Below are positions 42,525 through 53,090 of a stretch of 64,000 nucleotides of DNA, in pieces; the first letter of the stretch is position 1; the number at the start of each line of letters is the position of its first letter. The stretch is taken from positions 86,274-150,273 of the IMG/VR virus record IMGVR_UViG_638275430_000001. One strand, given 5' to 3'. Below the pieces are notes generated by a model. That model did no database searches and had not been told where the DNA came from. It saw only the letters and a list, made by a program, of their open reading frames with translations. This stretch comes from a virus. Taxonomy: Duplodnaviria > Heunggongvirae > Uroviricota > Caudoviricetes. The translations under genes and the position numbers were made by a program.

Positions 42525-44479
42525 TGGCTAACAAGATTAATGCAGTAGATTTGCCGAAGGATTTTACCGGTGCTTCGTTTGAGCAAATCAAAATAAAACT
42601 AATTCGCTGGTTGCAAAACCAGGACGAGTTCAAAGATTATAATTTTGCAGGTAGTCGCCTATCTGTTTTGACGGATCTGTTGGCATATGCGACGCTTTAT
42701 ATTCAGCAATTCGGAAACGCGGCAGTATTTGAAAGCTTCTTGCGTCTTGCACAACTAAGATCATCCGTTGTTCAACACGTACAAGATCAGGGATATTTGC
42801 CGTCTACCGCGAGCGCGAGTGGAACAACCGTTCGATTTACCGGGTATTACAGTCCAATCGAATCTAGCCCTATTTCAATCACTATTCCTCGTGGAACGAA
42901 GTTCACAGGCTCAATTGAAAATATCGATTTCTATGACTACGTTACATGGGATGATGTTCAAGTTATTCGCGGCATCAACAACCGATATATTACAGATCTT
43001 GCATTGAAACAGGGTCGAATTATTCGTCAAGAAATGATTTATCAGAAAGACAGCATTATCGAAATCAACGATACCAGTATTGATAGAAATTACGTTCGTG
43101 TTTATGTTGACGGTGCTCCCTGGACAGACTGGACAACTAAGCCGCTTGTTAGTGTTGGTGGTACAAGTACCGTATTTTATCAGCGCGAAACTATCGACGG
43201 ATATACCGAGATTTTCTTCGGTGAAGGCGAGAAAGTCATTAAAGCAAACGGTCAATTGAGTTCAAGTTTTGTTGGCGGATTGAAACCATCCGTTGGATCG
43301 ACAATCGTTATCGAATATCTGACTACCGATGGTAAAGCTGCTAACGGTTGCCGTAACTTCGCTTATGTTGATACTATCCCTAATATCGTAGTAGAGCGAA
43401 TTGATGAAAACCCAACCGCGCTGCTTGGCAAGGATGATCCCAATTATACTGGTGCTGCCGGTGGTGGTGGTGAGGAAGATATCGAGCGTCTGCGAGAACT
43501 GGGTCCAATTATGCGTGAGACTCAACGCCGTGCTGTTACTCGTTCCGATTATGAGGCTTTCGTAAACTATCGTTTCGGTAATATCGTGCAGGCTGTTCAG
43601 TGTTATACCGACTCAGAAAAACCTGGATATGCATTCATCGCAATCAAGCCAAAAGACGGATTATATCTGACTACCGTTCAGAAAGAAGACATTCAAAACT
43701 TCTTGCGAGAATACAACGTGGCTACAATCACTCCTGTTGTTCATAGTCCGAATTACCTGTATGTTAAATCAAATGTCAAGGTAACATACGCAATGAATAA
43801 TTTGAGTCAGACCGAAGAATGGCTACAAGGTAAGGTATTGGATGCGATTGATCGTTATTACATCGAAGAAGTTGAAATTTTCAACAAGGGTTTCTATACG
43901 TCAAAACTAAACGGACGTATTGACGACTCGGATATTTCAATCCTAGGTACTACTACGGATATCGGACTTGTTCGCGAAATCGAGAATTTCTATTCTTCTC
44001 CAATGATTGGCATTAAATACTTGAATAAGATTGCAGAAGGATCCGTTTATAGCTCGGATATTAAGTATACACCAAGAGCCGGAACAAGTTATAATATTCA
44101 CTATGTGGGAACAAGAAAGAATAATGTAGCGTTTAATGGCGTAGTGAATCGCGATGCTGGTATTACTCTAGTTGGTCCTTTCGCCGCTGGTGATGTTACC
44201 GGAGTAACTGCATATACCGGAACAGATTTTGATCGCAAAGTCATTGACGGTAGGAGTTTATATTATGCTGTTGGCGAAGTTGATTATGTTTCCGATGAAA
44301 TTTCTTTCAACCTAGGTGTTCTAAATCAGAATATCGATAAGTTCAGCTCGGCTTATATCGAGCTTCATGCAACTCCGGTTGAGGATAACATTTATACTTC
44401 CGACGGCACGATGATTGTGTTTGAGAATAACCTCAGACCACAATATACCACAATTCAAATGGAGGCGGTAGTTCGCTAA
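42524..44479 (+). CDS. 6: gp6 baseplate wedge
   Basis: DYNFAGSRLSVLTDLLAY and QRRAVTRSDY motifs. Confidence 0.97.
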   Translation: MANKINAVDLPKDFTGASFEQIKIKLIRWLQNQDEFKDYNFAGSRLSVLTDLLAYATLYIQQFGNAAVFESFLRLAQLRSSVVQHVQDQGYLPSTASASGTTVRFTGYYSPIESSPISITIPRGTKFTGSIENIDFYDYVTWDDVQVIRGINNRYITDLALKQGRIIRQEMIYQKDSIIEINDTSIDRNYVRVYVDGAPWTDWTTKPLVSVGGTSTVFYQRETIDGYTEIFFGEGEKVIKANGQLSSSFVGGLKPSVGSTIVIEYLTTDGKAANGCRNFAYVDTIPNIVVERIDENPTALLGKDDPNYTGAAGGGGEEDIERLRELGPIMRETQRRAVTRSDYEAFVNYRFGNIVQAVQCYTDSEKPGYAFIAIKPKDGLYLTTVQKEDIQNFLREYNVATITPVVHSPNYLYVKSNVKVTYAMNNLSQTEEWLQGKVLDAIDRYYIEEVEIFNKGFYTSKLNGRIDDSDISILGTTTDIGLVREIENFYSSPMIGIKYLNKIAEGSVYSSDIKYTPRAGTSYNIHYVGTRKNNVAFNGVVNRDAGITLVGPFAAGDVTGVTAYTGTDFDRKVIDGRSLYYAVGEVDYVSDEISFNLGVLNQNIDKFSSAYIELHATPVEDNIYTSDGTMIVFENNLRPQYTTIQMEAVVR

Positions 44480-47400
44480 TGATTAAGGCACCCACTATTA
44501 CCAGCTTGCGTATTGCAAAGCTTGGTGCAAACTTCTTGCACTTGAAATGGGATGATGTGGGTTCTAACTTCTTTTACATCGTAGAATATTCCATCGACAA
44601 CGGTGATGGAAATTATGCGTGGATCCAGCGCGGGGTCACACCAGACCCCGACTGGTTCGAAGACAGAATCCTTGCACCTAATACAAAATACGTTTTCAGA
44701 ATTTCAACAACGTTTGCTGGTTTCGAGCCATCCGATTGGGTTTATTCTGATGTATTCGAGACATTTGACACTAACGCATATTCAATTAGCACAATGGCTC
44801 AGTTTATTCCGAACAATGTGTTCGTGAAAAACAAACTAACAAACAACAAAAACTATGTAAATTTTGATAAAGACCCGATTTATGCAACTCTGATGAATGA
44901 GAACTTTGTTTATGATCCGGGCATCGAAAATATTACCAACATCGAAAACTTTATTGCTGCCGATGAAGAGTCACATTTAGTCCAGGAAGAAGTCGAAAAG
45001 GTTTGCGTTGATATCAATCGCACTTACCTAGGCTACAAAGACGATGTATTGTATACATTCGAGCGTTTCCAGAATATGGCTAAAGTCTCCAACGACGGAG
45101 GACAAAACTGGTGGTATTATCAAGCACTAACCGGTAGAATTGGATATCCAGTTGCCCGCACGATCATGTATCAGAACAATAACAGTAGTTTCCTGCTGGG
45201 TTATGATGATGTGTTTTACGGGCGTCAATCCGATGAAATTCGTTTCAGTAGCAACACGCATTTCTGGTCAGACGATCAAATCACATTCGTTCGTATGGAC
45301 GTCGATGCCAGTATCCCATTTAAGACTTTGGTGTTCGGTCGCTATACTTCATATCCGGAAGATATTCGACGCAAGGTAGAAGCACAGGCCGCGTCCAATC
45401 AGTGGATTTATGCTGTTGCCGAAGACAACTTTAGACGTATTCTTGTTAAGAACGCGCCAATCGGAACTGACGGTGAAGGAAACACAATTAAAATGTGGGA
45501 CAGCAATGTGTATCACATTACGAATAATCCTCTTTGCGTTGTTAAGAAGCTCGATGTTTTCAAAGATAAATGTTATGCACTCGTAACTGGTAAAGTTGCT
45601 AACCTGGATGCAGATCGTCGTAATGCCGACAACATTCTGAGAGCGGACGAAATTGGTGTTTATCGATTCGATGAAGTATATAAACCAGAAGTGTTTAAGC
45701 TAGGAAACATTAATACGGGTGGATATACAGCGGGTATCGATTTTGTCAAAATGGCAGTTACTTTTGCTGGCGGCTCACATGCCGGTCAGATTACAACGTC
45801 ATGGGAAAATCGTGTGTTCCGTGGTAAGAACGGAGTACAAATGACCGTACTTCGCACCATTAGTAGCAAGAACAAAGACGCTTTTATTTTTGACGCTGAT
45901 ATTAAAGACGCGGACGGCAATTTAGTTCAGGCTAAAGTTGATGCTTTTAAAGCTGCATTTGCTAACCCGAATGAGTTTGAACTTATTCTAGAAAATGGTC
46001 AAATCGTTCTACCTGGTATTCCAAACGGAGGATCATGGGTACGTGTTTTCGGTAATACTGAAAAAGAGCGTCTGAGTATTGAACACAAGTTCAGTAACAT
46101 GAGCACCGACGGAGAAAAAATATTCGTATCGTCTGCTGCTTATAAGTTTGATGATACCGTTGTTGATAACGATCTACCACTTGAATATCCCGATGCTGTT
46201 AACTCGGCTGTGAAATATAGTTCGGAATATCCGTATTTGTCTTATAAGAGACACCATTTTTATGTTTGGAAGTCGGAAGACGGCGAGAAATACATTAGAC
46301 GTCCACAGACTTACTACAATGAGGCAAACTTTAGCTGGATGGCAACACACGGCCAACGCTGCTGGATTTCACATGATAACAGAGCAGTTGTTATTAATCC
46401 GAAGAAAGCGCACACATACAGACTTGACCCAGACTATAAGACAAACAAAGAAGTGTGGGATAAAGGCAATGTTAAATTCTATCTTGAGAACGTCAAGTTT
46501 AGTGGATTCACCCAATATTGCAACGGTATCATGATTCACAAAGGATATGACCGTGAGCGCAAATCTGGTGGTGAAATCGTTGCTTATTACGAATATCCAT
46601 ATCGTGTTCGTGATAACGCTGCTATTGTGTGGAGACCCGAATTGGTTGCAATGGAAGCTAACTTGCAAAATCAAGAGCGTCCTACTCCTCCAGTTGTCGA
46701 AGACGAAAAAGGATTAGTTGATCCGGATTTGAGTCACTTTATCCGAATTATGGGACCAGAAGTATATTTTGATGATGAATCTAACTTTACGAAGTTCGGA
46801 GAATATTATCTGAAATACATTTCGGAAGGATCAGAGACTTATTACAACAGATTGCTAAACTTGATTAAGAATAAGTATCCAAGAGAGAAAGACAACTTCG
46901 AATATCTGTGGTCAGAAATCAGACGTAGAAATATCTATCTGGATCAAGAAAAACGCGATAGTGTTATCCGATTCTTCGAATCTAAAGCCGCTAACTTCTA
47001 TAGCTCAAAGGGAACAGAAGCGAGTTATAAATTCTTGTTCAAATTGCTATATGATGCCGATGTGGAAATCGAGGTAGAGAGTTCAGTTGGCATCGATTAT
47101 GACATCGTTGTTAAGTCTGGTAACGTTGATTCTGGGCTCGTAGGACGCACTATATACACTCCCACCGGTAGAGCTAATGTTACCTATGTCGAGCGTATCT
47201 ATGACAACGGCCTGCTTCGCTGGAAGATTACCTTGCATAACTTGATTGGTAAGTATGTCGAAGGCCAGATCATTAAGTCTGAAACATCTGCATTCGAGGG
47301 AGAAATCGTTCGTGGCATTCAGGGTAAAGAACTTGCATATTCTGACATCGACTATATCAATCGTAATCGTTCTTATTATGTGATGAAGATTCGTTCCGAG

Positions 47401-47970
47401 TTGAATACCGCTAGATATCGTGATGATATTTTGCGTTTTGTTCATCCAGTCGGATTCGGATTTATCGGTATTGCGATGCTAACTGTTTTCATTAACGGTG
47501 GTATTAGTATGGTACCACAACAGACAATGATCGAGATAAATAAGACATACAGATGGGACTCAGGACTTCCTAGTGTGACTCCGAAACTCAAAACGAGTGT
47601 TAACCCGGATTCGCCATTAGATAATCCAGATCCGTTATTTGACAGCAAGACCGGAGAATTAATTGAAGTACAGCAAGCACAAGTCGCATTTGATATTGCG
47701 AAATGGCAGACTGCGAAAGATTCTAACGGAGTTGCATACGGTAACAGATCATATGATACCGACGAAACGAACGTTACTTGGAACGGCACTGTATATAAGC
47801 CGTCACAAAGAAGATTGGAATGGAGTCCTTTGTTCAGTGATTTCAGCACACGATTTAGTGATTATCGTAGACTGGTAGAACAAAGACTAAAAGACGATTT
47901 GAAAGATCCTCGTGATGTTAGTCGTTTGGTAACATTGAAAGAACCGTCACAAACAAGAATTGGGGAATAA
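44479..47970 (+). CDS. 7: gp7 baseplate wedge initiator
   Basis: KAPTITSLRIAKL, KGTEASYKFLFKLLY and FVHPVGFGF motifs. Confidence 0.95.
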   Translation: MIKAPTITSLRIAKLGANFLHLKWDDVGSNFFYIVEYSIDNGDGNYAWIQRGVTPDPDWFEDRILAPNTKYVFRISTTFAGFEPSDWVYSDVFETFDTNAYSISTMAQFIPNNVFVKNKLTNNKNYVNFDKDPIYATLMNENFVYDPGIENITNIENFIAADEESHLVQEEVEKVCVDINRTYLGYKDDVLYTFERFQNMAKVSNDGGQNWWYYQALTGRIGYPVARTIMYQNNNSSFLLGYDDVFYGRQSDEIRFSSNTHFWSDDQITFVRMDVDASIPFKTLVFGRYTSYPEDIRRKVEAQAASNQWIYAVAEDNFRRILVKNAPIGTDGEGNTIKMWDSNVYHITNNPLCVVKKLDVFKDKCYALVTGKVANLDADRRNADNILRADEIGVYRFDEVYKPEVFKLGNINTGGYTAGIDFVKMAVTFAGGSHAGQITTSWENRVFRGKNGVQMTVLRTISSKNKDAFIFDADIKDADGNLVQAKVDAFKAAFANPNEFELILENGQIVLPGIPNGGSWVRVFGNTEKERLSIEHKFSNMSTDGEKIFVSSAAYKFDDTVVDNDLPLEYPDAVNSAVKYSSEYPYLSYKRHHFYVWKSEDGEKYIRRPQTYYNEANFSWMATHGQRCWISHDNRAVVINPKKAHTYRLDPDYKTNKEVWDKGNVKFYLENVKFSGFTQYCNGIMIHKGYDRERKSGGEIVAYYEYPYRVRDNAAIVWRPELVAMEANLQNQERPTPPVVEDEKGLVDPDLSHFIRIMGPEVYFDDESNFTKFGEYYLKYISEGSETYYNRLLNLIKNKYPREKDNFEYLWSEIRRRNIYLDQEKRDSVIRFFESKAANFYSSKGTEASYKFLFKLLYDADVEIEVESSVGIDYDIVVKSGNVDSGLVGRTIYTPTGRANVTYVERIYDNGLLRWKITLHNLIGKYVEGQIIKSETSAFEGEIVRGIQGKELAYSDIDYINRNRSYYVMKIRSELNTARYRDDILRFVHPVGFGFIGIAMLTVFINGGISMVPQQTMIEINKTYRWDSGLPSVTPKLKTSVNPDSPLDNPDPLFDSKTGELIEVQQAQVAFDIAKWQTAKDSNGVAYGNRSYDTDETNVTWNGTVYKPSQRRLEWSPLFSDFSTRFSDYRRLVEQRLKDDLKDPRDVSRLVTLKEPSQTRIGE

Positions 47971-47972
47971 AA

Positions 47973-48959
47973 GTGTCTTCTATTATCTATCGCTCAATAG
48001 TAACAAATAAGTTCAGAACGGAAAACCTTTTGAACTTCTATAACTCGGTTGGCGATACGCAAGACAAACACACAATCTATGCAACATTTGGCCGCCCAGA
48101 TAAATGGGCGGACAATGAGACAGATTCGAAGTTTGCTCCACCGTATCCTGATGATTCAATCGAGGGGATTGCAGATGTTTGGTCTAGAATGTTGGGTGCG
48201 GTAAAAATTCAACAGGAGCTATTGCGTCCTGTTGTTCCGCGCGACGACTGGGGAGATCAACGATTTACAGATCCGTTTATTCATCACATTGGTGATATTG
48301 TTGTAACTAACAGTGCGCCATATAACAGAACAGAAATTGGCTCCGGTTGGATGATTTATCGCTGTGTCGATGTACCAGAAGTTGGGCAATGTAGTATTAA
48401 GTCGATTGTTGAGAAAGGCGAGTGTATGAAAATCGGCGGCAAATGGACGCCTAGTCGAGAGTCATTATTGCCAGTAGGCAAGAGCGACGGTGTTGATATG
48501 AAAGACGGATACATCTGGGAATATCTTTATACAATTCCGCCTGACGTTGCAATTAACGAATGCACAAACGAGCATATCGTTGTCCCTACTCCACAAGAGC
48601 TAATCGCTAGTCCATCGCGCTGGGGTTATCAGCACGTATTGAAATGGTACCCCAATAAGTACGATGTTATCTATAGAATGAAATGTCATACGCTGCGGTT
48701 TAGAGCGTATATCGACAGTATTTATTTTAAAGAAGCGTCCATGGTTGGTAACAAAGGTTTCCGTCAATTGAGTGTTATTCTTGACCCAATTCTGATGAAA
48801 ACTAATCCAGCTAGTGCTGACGTCAAGGCGACTGGTGCAAACTATTTGCCAACTCAGCTAGAACGTCATTCGGGTGAAATGATTTACATGGAAAATCGAC
48901 AGCCGATTATTCGTTCGAGAGATCAGACCGAAGAATTCAACTTAGTGTTTGAGTTTTAA
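47973..48959 (+). CDS. 8: gp8 baseplate wedge
   Basis: IYRSIVTNKFRTENL, DGYIWEYLY and YMENRQPI motifs. Confidence 0.97.
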   Translation: MSSIIYRSIVTNKFRTENLLNFYNSVGDTQDKHTIYATFGRPDKWADNETDSKFAPPYPDDSIEGIADVWSRMLGAVKIQQELLRPVVPRDDWGDQRFTDPFIHHIGDIVVTNSAPYNRTEIGSGWMIYRCVDVPEVGQCSIKSIVEKGECMKIGGKWTPSRESLLPVGKSDGVDMKDGYIWEYLYTIPPDVAINECTNEHIVVPTPQELIASPSRWGYQHVLKWYPNKYDVIYRMKCHTLRFRAYIDSIYFKEASMVGNKGFRQLSVILDPILMKTNPASADVKATGANYLPTQLERHSGEMIYMENRQPIIRSRDQTEEFNLVFEF

Positions 48960-48961
48960 TC

Positions 48962-48985
48962 AAGCCACCTTCGGGTGGCTTTTTT
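48962..48985 (+). terminator. Rho-independent terminator
   Basis: AGCCAC-CTTCGG-GTGGCT hairpin plus U tract. Confidence 0.85.
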
Positions 48986-48997
48986 GTTGGTGAATCG

Positions 48998-49004
48998 CTA
49001 AATA
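48998..49004 (+). promoter_or_regulatory. Late promoter CTAAATA for gene 9
   Basis: Immediately after a terminator. Confidence 0.7.
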
Positions 49005-49032
49005 AGTTAATATAACATCGGAGAACTTTATA

Positions 49033-49959
49033 ATGCAACAAACAAAAATCCTGGTAGACACCGGTGAAGAAGGTGTAGAAGGAACTGGAGATACCCTATA
49101 TCAAGGCGGTACTTCTCTTAATAGAAACCTGAATAGTTTATATAATGTGTTCGGTGATTATAGACAGTTCAAGTCTGATGCCGGACAGGGAAATCAAGTA
49201 ATGACGCTCCATGCCGGGGGTTATTATCAGAAGCACTCACGCGCATATTATGCGGGTGCGGAGCAACCAAGCGGAAACCCAGTTGAATTCGGCTCACTTC
49301 ATGATCTGTCAGTCACAAGAGACGGCGCGGGTGATCTCGTTGTAACACTACCAGCGGGTAACAATCACGCGGGTGAATACGTTCACTTTATTAACACAGA
49401 CGGATCAGTTGGCGTCGGTACCGGCAAAGAAGTCGTTATTCGTGTTAGTGGCTCCGGTGATAGTATCGGTGGGTTGGGAACACAAATGAAAATCCAGAAA
49501 TCTTATTTCTCGATTCGCTTCTGGGTGGATAAATCTAGTCCAACTGGTTCACATTGGAGCTATAAAGTCGAGAGTTTATTTGGTGACGGGTCTGTTCCAT
49601 ATAACTCAGTAATTAGCAATATCGGCACAGGTGTGACAAAAGATATCGCGTTGTTCAACAAATTCCAGTATAACTCCGTTAAACATATGGTATTTGTTAC
49701 CGAACGTGGTACGAATATTCAACAGGAAGCGAGTGAGGTTTTGGTACTCGTAAATAACAGCAACAACAACGACAACAACGTTTATATGACCGAATATGCG
49801 CGAATTCGTACCAAGCCAACTGCAAATTCAAAAGATGATTTGCTTTATGAAGCTGATTACAGAATTGTGAATGGAGTTGTTAGAATGTATGTCAAGAACA
49901 TCGGTTCGACTGCTATTGACGTTACTGTTAAAGCAATTGAATCAATCGGGGGTCAATAA
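49033..49959 (+). CDS. 9: gp9 long tail fibre connector
   Basis: DTGE....TGDTLY.GG and LHAGGYYQK motifs. Confidence 0.9.
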   Translation: MQQTKILVDTGEEGVEGTGDTLYQGGTSLNRNLNSLYNVFGDYRQFKSDAGQGNQVMTLHAGGYYQKHSRAYYAGAEQPSGNPVEFGSLHDLSVTRDGAGDLVVTLPAGNNHAGEYVHFINTDGSVGVGTGKEVVIRVSGSGDSIGGLGTQMKIQKSYFSIRFWVDKSSPTGSHWSYKVESLFGDGSVPYNSVISNIGTGVTKDIALFNKFQYNSVKHMVFVTERGTNIQQEASEVLVLVNNSNNNDNNVYMTEYARIRTKPTANSKDDLLYEADYRIVNGVVRMYVKNIGSTAIDVTVKAIESIGGQ

Positions 49960-52115
49960 TGAGTAAACAATCTATTATCATCGGTAGCGCAGTTGATGAC
50001 GGTACTGGTGATTACATGCGTCGTGGTGGGCAGAAGATCAACGACAACTTTACCGAATTATACGGTGAGCTTGGCGACGGTGCTATCCCACACGCTGCTG
50101 GTGCGTGGAAACGTTATTCCACCGTCGGCACACCGCTTAGTGTTGTGTTTGGTAAAGCATACACAATCGACACAACCGGCGGACAAATCACAGTTAATTT
50201 GCCAGCGGGTAAACCTTCTGACTACGGTAAAGTAATTCGTCTGCGAGACGTTAACGGCTCTTGGGCAACTAACCCAGTCAACTTAGTCCCAGGTGGCACA
50301 GATACCGTAAAAGGTACAGCGAAAAAGCATAAACTTTGGAAAAACTATCTTGATGCGGAATTAGTATATTGCAGTCCCGGCAAATGGGAATATGCAGATA
50401 ACAAGCGAGTTAACGGTATTAGTACCGCAAACGGAGCGACTGTAGCTAGAAAAGAATTTATTGCGGTTGAAGGTCAAACGGATTTCGTTAATATTTTTGA
50501 ATCGAGTTATAACCCAGCTGCGGTAGAAGTTTACCGTCGCGGTAACTTGCTATATTACGGAGATCGTATTTCCGAGAACACCGACTATGGTTCGATGACA
50601 GCAAAAACTCCGGTTGTTAGTGACGTAACTATTACAGGTGGAACTAAAAACGGCACAGTTGGATATTCGCAGGGAGTAGTTGGTACAATCAACTCAACAA
50701 AAAATAAAGTCGAAGGACTTGTTATTGTTGATTTCCGTGGTGAAGTCGCAACAAACACCGTTATTATGCAATTTGCTGGCGGCGCAAAGCCAATGGACTC
50801 GAATGTAATTTACGTTCAGAACGGAACAACCGGTCCATGGTTTTTGCAATATGATTCGAGTCGTACCGCTTATATTGGTGTTTATCCTGACTTGATTACA
50901 AAGCTAACATCTACTGCCAGTCAAACATACAAAGTATCAGTTTATAAACTGAATACACTTGACGGATATTCAATTCGTTTAGCAGAGCCGTGTTTTGCGG
51001 GTGACGTTGTTACCGTTGTGACTTATCTAGACGGAATCGCTTCTTATCGTAGTTCATACCAGCGTTATACTCTTCGAGTATATGACGAGAAATTAACTAC
51101 AGAAGATATCAAGACTATTCCAGGCCAACGCTGGGTAGGGGATCTGAGTAAGAAAGCTAGATTCAGCTTAAACGACTTTGACCTGCTGGAGAACGAGACC
51201 TATAACCCGTTTAGTATGGAGATACTCGTAAACGGTAGAACGCTTACCAGAGCAGGCGAGGGAGATTTGCCAGCGTTTATTTGTGAAGGCGCAACTGCTA
51301 ACGACGAAACCTCTTGTATTGCTTTGGGTGGTGCATGGGTACCGTCAGGTGGAGATTTCTCAACCGTAACAGATCTCAATGATCGCTATCGCGAGTTCGT
51401 TATCAACCAAGATCTGAATCACAAAGATATTATTACGATTCGTTGGTACAATAACGATATCGGAACAACTCTTGACTGGGAAGGTGACGGTGGTATTAAA
51501 GAAATGGCAGACGCTCGTTTCTTGGTATCAGAACGCACATTCAATAGAAACAGCAAGATTATGTATACCGATACAACTAATCCTAGTTCTAATAACACGG
51601 TTGCTGACCCAGAAACGGAAAATGGAATTAGATTTACAAGCGTGGATAGCTTGTTAGAGTCTATTTATCCTGTTGGTTCAGTTTATATTAACGCAAATAA
51701 CCCGAACAACCCTAAATCATATATGGGATTCGGTGAATGGCGTAGATTCGGACAAGGAAGAGTACCGGTTTCTTGGAACGAAGATAATCCGAACGATCCT
51801 AATTTTGGTCTAAACACAAATGACAAAGACGTAAACGGCAACCCAAGACATTCCGCTGGTAATACTGGTGGTGCGGTAACAAACACACTCGGTATCACCA
51901 ATATTCCTCCGATAACATCAAGTGAAAAAGCTTTGATTGTTGATCCGGCCGGTGATGTTCTTGTTGGTGGTTGCCAATTCGATCCAGACGATCAGGGTCC
52001 AGGGTTTAAGAGATATCGAGAAGACTTGGTGAAAGCGCGTCCGAGTGAGATTGCGTTGCCAGTTAATAATCTGCAACCGTTTATTACGGTTCACATGTGG
52101 CTAAGGGTTCTATAA
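49959..52115 (+). CDS. 10: gp10 baseplate wedge / tail pin
   Basis: IGSAVDDGTGDYMRRGGQKIN, IYPVGSVY and LQPFITV..W motifs. Confidence 0.95.
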   Translation: MSKQSIIIGSAVDDGTGDYMRRGGQKINDNFTELYGELGDGAIPHAAGAWKRYSTVGTPLSVVFGKAYTIDTTGGQITVNLPAGKPSDYGKVIRLRDVNGSWATNPVNLVPGGTDTVKGTAKKHKLWKNYLDAELVYCSPGKWEYADNKRVNGISTANGATVARKEFIAVEGQTDFVNIFESSYNPAAVEVYRRGNLLYYGDRISENTDYGSMTAKTPVVSDVTITGGTKNGTVGYSQGVVGTINSTKNKVEGLVIVDFRGEVATNTVIMQFAGGAKPMDSNVIYVQNGTTGPWFLQYDSSRTAYIGVYPDLITKLTSTASQTYKVSVYKLNTLDGYSIRLAEPCFAGDVVTVVTYLDGIASYRSSYQRYTLRVYDEKLTTEDIKTIPGQRWVGDLSKKARFSLNDFDLLENETYNPFSMEILVNGRTLTRAGEGDLPAFICEGATANDETSCIALGGAWVPSGGDFSTVTDLNDRYREFVINQDLNHKDIITIRWYNNDIGTTLDWEGDGGIKEMADARFLVSERTFNRNSKIMYTDTTNPSSNNTVADPETENGIRFTSVDSLLESIYPVGSVYINANNPNNPKSYMGFGEWRRFGQGRVPVSWNEDNPNDPNFGLNTNDKDVNGNPRHSAGNTGGAVTNTLGITNIPPITSSEKALIVDPAGDVLVGGCQFDPDDQGPGFKRYREDLVKARPSEIALPVNNLQPFITVHMWLRVL

Positions 52116-53090
52116 ATGATCAATATCTATCAACAGCCAGTTGATATTACTTTCACCTACGGTTCGAGATTTTCATTTTCCGTTGGTGCAAACACTGATA
52201 TCGATACTGGCTATGTAACATATCGCTGGGAGTGGACTGCTCCCGGCACATCTAATTGGGCAGCAATTCAACACCCGTCTGCCACTTTAATGAGTGTCGT
52301 TATTCTGCCGTCAATGGGAACAACATACGACACAAACGATTTCCGATGCGTCATTGCAGAATATGACAATTTGGGAGTCAAGAAATCGGAGCTGATTACT
52401 TCGATTGTTAAAGGCATCAAGTTTGAAGGAAGAACATCGGTAGCGAAAACTAAAACTTCCGATGCTGTTCTTATTCGTTCTAGACTCGCAAGACATTCCG
52501 AGTTTGAGCTTCATCCTTCGCTCGATAACACATTCCTGAGTGATAATATTGGTCTAGCTACATTACACGACGCGGAAGACAATATAACGCATCCTAACGT
52601 GCAATCTGCAATCGTTGATATTGCTGACGGTATGACTATGCCTATTGGCTCAGTTATTATCGAACGTAAGAATAACGACCCTAGTGGTAAAGCACAACAA
52701 ACCGTTTTGCAGTTTGACGGAATTGTTGCGTCTCCGGTCGGTGGTGTTGATGCTGTATTGAATGTGTTTGGTCGCAGAGTTGTTATTGCGGATAAGAGCA
52801 TTGCTGCCCAAGTAAAAGATCAGGTATTGACAATTCTAGCTGATTTTGAAAACAAGGGATTGTATGTGAAAAACGTTAGCTCGGTATCTGCTACCTCTAT
52901 TTCGTTTGAGCATAGAGATCATAAGGCACATGTTCCTCCTGCATGGACACAATACGGTGTTACTATGACTGGACTTGTTGCGTCTCCTCCTGCTAAAGGC
53001 TACGGTCAATGGCAGAAGTTCGCAGAAATTAACATCACGGGGTTGGATGCATCGGTATCTAAACTTTATTATTGGGAGAGAATTTCGTGA
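52116..53090 (+). CDS. 11: gp11 short tail fibre connector, with N-terminal extension
   Basis: NVQSAI, MPIGSVII and KLYYWERIS motifs. Confidence 0.85.
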   Translation: MINIYQQPVDITFTYGSRFSFSVGANTDIDTGYVTYRWEWTAPGTSNWAAIQHPSATLMSVVILPSMGTTYDTNDFRCVIAEYDNLGVKKSELITSIVKGIKFEGRTSVAKTKTSDAVLIRSRLARHSEFELHPSLDNTFLSDNIGLATLHDAEDNITHPNVQSAIVDIADGMTMPIGSVIIERKNNDPSGKAQQTVLQFDGIVASPVGGVDAVLNVFGRRVVIADKSIAAQVKDQVLTILADFENKGLYVKNVSSVSATSISFEHRDHKAHVPPAWTQYGVTMTGLVASPPAKGYGQWQKFAEINITGLDASVSKLYYWERIS